The notes below the pieces were generated by a model. It had not been told where the DNA came from. It saw only the letters and a program-made list of their open reading frames with translations, and did not search any database. From NCBI GenBank assembly GCA_016786465.1, contig JAEUWC010000019.1:25905-89904 (forward strand): a stretch of 64,000 nt of DNA. Direction: 5' to 3'. The position numbers and the translations under genes were made by a program. Below, piece after piece: positions 60,996-64,000 of this stretch (position 1 is the stretch's first letter; each line of letters starts with the position of its first letter). The stretch comes from Bdellovibrionales bacterium. GTDB taxonomy: Bacteria; Bdellovibrionota; UBA1018.

Positions 60996-61894
60996 CGGAA
61001 CTGATCCAACATCTGATTAACGGGCTTTCTTTAGGAAGCATCTATGCCCTGATTGCCTTGGGGTACACGATGGTCTTTGGCATCCTTCAGCTGATCAACT
61101 TCGCCCATGGCGACGTTTACATGCTGGGTGCCTTTATCGGGATGTACTTTGCCAGGGTCACCGGCGCGGCAGAAAATCCTAGTGTTTTCAATCTGTTGGC
61201 AACGCTTCTGGTTGCGATGGTGGGCTGTGCTTTGGCGGGATTCTTGATCGAACGATTTGCCTATCGTCCCCTACGTCGTGCTCCAAGAATCAATGTCCTG
61301 ATTACGGCAGTGGGCGTTTCGCTTTTCTTAGAATTTGCCGGTCAGTTGGGCTTTGGATCGGATCCAAAATTTTTCCCGCAAGTCTACCAACCGACCGTCG
61401 ACTGGTCGATGGGTGACATCAAGATCAATCCGCTTCAGGTGATCGTTTTTGCCATTTCGATCGTCCTGATGGCGGGACTTCAGTTCCTGATTTTCAAAAC
61501 CAGAACCGGTCGTGCGATGCGCGCGGCTAGTTTCAATCATGATCTGGCCAGCTTGATGGGAATCCCAACGGATCGTGTGATCTCGCTGACATTCATGGCG
61601 GGGTCTGCGCTTGCTGGTGCTGCGGGTGTTTTGGTCGGAATGATTTACCCAAAAATCGAACCCTTGATGGGCGTGATGCCTGGCCTAAAGGCCTTTGTTT
61701 CGGCTGTTTTAGGAGGAATTGGCAACATCACCGGCGCAGTGGTGGGTGCGATCACCTTGGGTTTGGCTGAAGAATTTTTGGTGGGTTACTGGGCGCCCAC
61801 TTTTCGGGATGCGCTGGCGTTTGGACTTTTGATCTTGATTCTGCTTTTCAAACCGACAGGACTTTTCGGGGTCCATAAATCCGAAAAGGTGTAG
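60992..61894 (+). CDS. livH: Branched-chain amino-acid ABC transporter permease LivH
   Basis: 8-10 TM segments with the LivH-type ...LINFAHGDVYMLGAF... motif. Overlaps the binding-protein stop by 4 nt. Confidence 0.8.
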   Translation: MTELIQHLINGLSLGSIYALIALGYTMVFGILQLINFAHGDVYMLGAFIGMYFARVTGAAENPSVFNLLATLLVAMVGCALAGFLIERFAYRPLRRAPRINVLITAVGVSLFLEFAGQLGFGSDPKFFPQVYQPTVDWSMGDIKINPLQVIVFAISIVLMAGLQFLIFKTRTGRAMRAASFNHDLASLMGIPTDRVISLTFMAGSALAGAAGVLVGMIYPKIEPLMGVMPGLKAFVSAVLGGIGNITGAVVGAITLGLAEEFLVGYWAPTFRDALAFGLLILILLFKPTGLFGVHKSEKV

Positions 61895-61898
61895 CGTC

Positions 61899-62885
61899 GT
61901 GATCAAGTCACTGAAATTCTGGATCATTGCTTTAGTCGCGATTTGGATTGGCAATCTTTTCATCGCCGACAACATGAACCCCTACTTCTTTTCCATTCTG
62001 ATGTACGCGGGCATCAATGTGACCTTGGCAGTTTCACTGAATTTAGTGAACGGTTTCACGGGCCAGTTTTCAATGGGCCACGCCGGATTCATGTCCATCG
62101 GTGGATACGTTGCGGCCTATATCAGCACGACCTGGACAGGCACGCACCCCGATTGGATTGCGGACCCATTTTTGTCGAATATCCTGTTTGTTTTCAATAT
62201 GTTACTGGGTGGATTTGCAGCCGCCGGCGTCGGCTATTTGGTCGGCTTGCCGTCACTGCGCCTGAAGGGTGACTACCTGGCAATTGTTACCTTGGGCTTT
62301 GGTGAAATCATCCGCGTCTTTATTCTGAACATCGACGCCATCGGTGGCGCACGCGGGATGCCCAACATTCCTCCGTTCACTTCATTTGGTTGGGTCTTCA
62401 CGCTTCTTTTGGTGACAGTCTTCACGATCTGGCGCTTGGTTCGTTCGTCTGAAGGCCGTAAGTTCATGTCGGTACGTGAAGACGAAATCGCTGCCGAAGC
62501 CATGGGTGTGAACACAACTGCCACGAAAGTGAAGGCGTTTGTGATCGGCGCATTCTTCGCCGGAACTGCCGGAGCTTTGTTTGCCCATTACTTGCGCTAC
62601 CTGAATCCGCAGACCTTTGACTTCAATCGCAGTTTTGAAGTGATCATCATGGTGGTCTTAGGAGGAATGGGAAGCATTTCAGGGTCTGTTTTTGCGGCTT
62701 TTTTCCTAACTTTTGTGCGGGAAGCCTTGCGACCGCTTCAAGAACTGACGCAGTTGGATTTTCGCATGATCATTTATTCATTGATGCTGATCGTGCTGAT
62801 GCTGACGCGACCCAATGGAATTTTCGGCACACGTGAACTGACCGATGTGATTTCGCTTCTGAAAAAGAAAAGGAGCACATCGTGA
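61899..62885 (+). CDS. livM: Branched-chain amino-acid ABC transporter permease LivM
   Basis: GTG start. LivM-type permease with ...GQFSMGHAGFMSIGGY... and ...GDYLAIVTLGFGEIIR... Confidence 0.8.
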   Translation: MIKSLKFWIIALVAIWIGNLFIADNMNPYFFSILMYAGINVTLAVSLNLVNGFTGQFSMGHAGFMSIGGYVAAYISTTWTGTHPDWIADPFLSNILFVFNMLLGGFAAAGVGYLVGLPSLRLKGDYLAIVTLGFGEIIRVFILNIDAIGGARGMPNIPPFTSFGWVFTLLLVTVFTIWRLVRSSEGRKFMSVREDEIAAEAMGVNTTATKVKAFVIGAFFAGTAGALFAHYLRYLNPQTFDFNRSFEVIIMVVLGGMGSISGSVFAAFFLTFVREALRPLQELTQLDFRMIIYSLMLIVLMLTRPNGIFGTRELTDVISLLKKKRSTS

Positions 62886-63682
62886 GTTCTGGGGAAATTG
62901 CACTTCAAGCAAAGAACCTAACGATGCAGTTTGGCGGGCTTCGAGCTGTTTCGGACCTAAGCCTGGATATTCCGAAGGGCTCGATCTTTGGATTGATCGG
63001 ACCAAACGGCGCGGGCAAAACCACCGCATTCAACATGCTGACAGGCGTTTACACACCGACCGCAGGCGCAGTGGCAAGCTTCGGTCGGGATTTGATTGGC
63101 CCGGGCCTGGTTCGTAAACCGTACGAAATCACCCAGTGTGGATTGGCCAGAACCTTTCAAAACATTCGTCTTTTCAAAGATTTATCAGTTTTGGACAATA
63201 TTCGCGTCAGCCTGGACGGGAACCCCGCTTTTGAAACAGTGTCCCCCCTTTGGGCGGTCCTTCGCACCCAGCGCGCGGTTCGATCCGAAGAAGCCAAGTA
63301 CAAAAAAGCGATCGAACTTTTGAAAGTCTTTCATCTGGAAGGCCGCGCGGACTGGCAGGCCAAAAATTTACCGTACGGTGATCAACGCCGCTTGGAAATC
63401 GCGCGCGCCATGGCGACCGGTGCAAAGGTCTTGTTGCTGGATGAACCGGCAGCCGGAATGAACGGTCAGGAAACTTCCGAATTAATGGCGACCATTCGAA
63501 AGATTCGCGACGATCATGGACTAACGATTCTTCTGATTGAACACGACATGAAGCTAGTCATGGGAATCTGCGAACGCATCGCGGTCTTGGATTATGGCGT
63601 GAAGATCGCTGAAGGAACCCCATCCGAAATTCAAAAGAACCCGAAAGTCATCGAGGCCTATCTTGGAACTTCTGAAGTTTGA
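62882..63682 (+). CDS. livG: Branched-chain amino-acid ABC transporter ATP-binding protein LivG
   Basis: Walker [11 protein letters not shown]-loop, the LivG-specific insertion, ABC signature, and Walker [11 protein letters not shown]. Confidence 0.85.
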   Translation: MSSGEIALQAKNLTMQFGGLRAVSDLSLDIPKGSIFGLIGPNGAGKTTAFNMLTGVYTPTAGAVASFGRDLIGPGLVRKPYEITQCGLARTFQNIRLFKDLSVLDNIRVSLDGNPAFETVSPLWAVLRTQRAVRSEEAKYKKAIELLKVFHLEGRADWQAKNLPYGDQRRLEIARAMATGAKVLLLDEPAAGMNGQETSELMATIRKIRDDHGLTILLIEHDMKLVMGICERIAVLDYGVKIAEGTPSEIQKNPKVIEAYLGTSEV

Positions 63683-64000
63683 AAACGTCGCCGTCAAGTA
63701 CGGCGCCATCGAAGCCATCCGAAACGTCAGTTTTACCGTTAAAAAGGGCGAAATTGTGACGTTAATTGGCGCAAATGGTGCTGGAAAAACGACCACGTTG
63801 CGCGCGATTTCGGGCTTGGTCCGTCCTTCGCAGGGAAAAATTCTCCATAACGGAACCGACATCACGGGCCTACCTGCGCACCAAATTGTGCGTCGGCGTA
63901 TTTCGCAGTCGCCCGAAGGTCGTGGGATCTTTCTGAATCTAACCGTAGAAGAAAACCTGGACCTGGGTGCATGGACGGCGCCAGACCCAAAAACTTTGAA
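63664..64000 (+). CDS. livF: Branched-chain amino-acid ABC transporter ATP-binding protein LivF, 3'-partial (runs off the window)
   Basis: TTG start (L-E-L-L-K-F-E-N-V...), then [48 protein letters not shown]. Not in the ORF track because no stop codon lies within the window. Confidence 0.7.

Noticed and set aside
58875-63682. Idea that the Xer-like gene plus the liv transporter form an integrated mobile island
   Set aside because: There is no adjacent tRNA, no flanking direct repeats visible, and liv genes are ordinary chromosomal cargo. The recombinase homologue lacks catalytic residues.
1-64000. CRISPR arrays, IS elements, transposases, prophage, integrons
   Set aside because: No direct-repeat/spacer periodicity, no transposase or phage structural genes, and no inverted terminal repeats were seen on either strand. 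The only recombinase homologue (58875-59738) is isolated and apparently inactive.

Overview
This 64 kb window is a compact, gene-dense chromosomal segment of a Gram-negative bacterium with roughly 50% GC. Most genes are separated by under 60 bp, and many overlap by 4 to 40 nt, including convergent gene ends. Outer-membrane hallmarks (BamB, YfgM, a PagL-type lipid A deacylase, C-terminal-Phe β-barrels) sit beside operon architectures best known from Firmicutes (cdaA-cdaR-glmM and cymR-nifS-mnmA), which suggests a Bdellovibrio-like or deltaproteobacterial lineage (low confidence). There are no CRISPR arrays, IS elements or prophage. Housekeeping backbone: tilS, ftsH, cdaA-cdaR-glmM, pdxJ, nnr, tsaE, an Rrf2 regulator with cysteine desulfurase and MnmA-like thiouridylase, a MiaB-family methylthiotransferase, rnc, era, der, a YfgM-like protein, a BamB-like protein, plsC, cinA, a partial liv ABC transporter, and one tRNA(CAT). 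Accessory candidates: (1) at 3.1-10.4 kb a duplicated signalling module of two membrane HAMP-PP2C sensor phosphatases, each paired with a FecR-like membrane protein that carries C-terminal FN3-like repeats; one phosphatase looks catalytically degenerate and lacks a canonical start codon. (2) An egtB-egtD ergothioneine pair translationally coupled to an ATP-grasp ligase and a TVP38 membrane protein. (3) A TPR, LysM, β-barrel and 943-aa Thr/Ser-rich lipoprotein operon behind a 280-bp AT-rich leader. (4) A DCC thiol-disulfide oxidoreductase fused to a lipase-maturation-factor (LMF1) membrane domain. (5) A tyrosine-recombinase homologue missing 3 of 6 catalytic residues. (6) A GT39 PMT-family protein O-mannosyltransferase homologue. 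(7) A trypsin-fold lipoprotein without the catalytic triad. All calls are from reading the sequence and translations by eye; no database searches were run.
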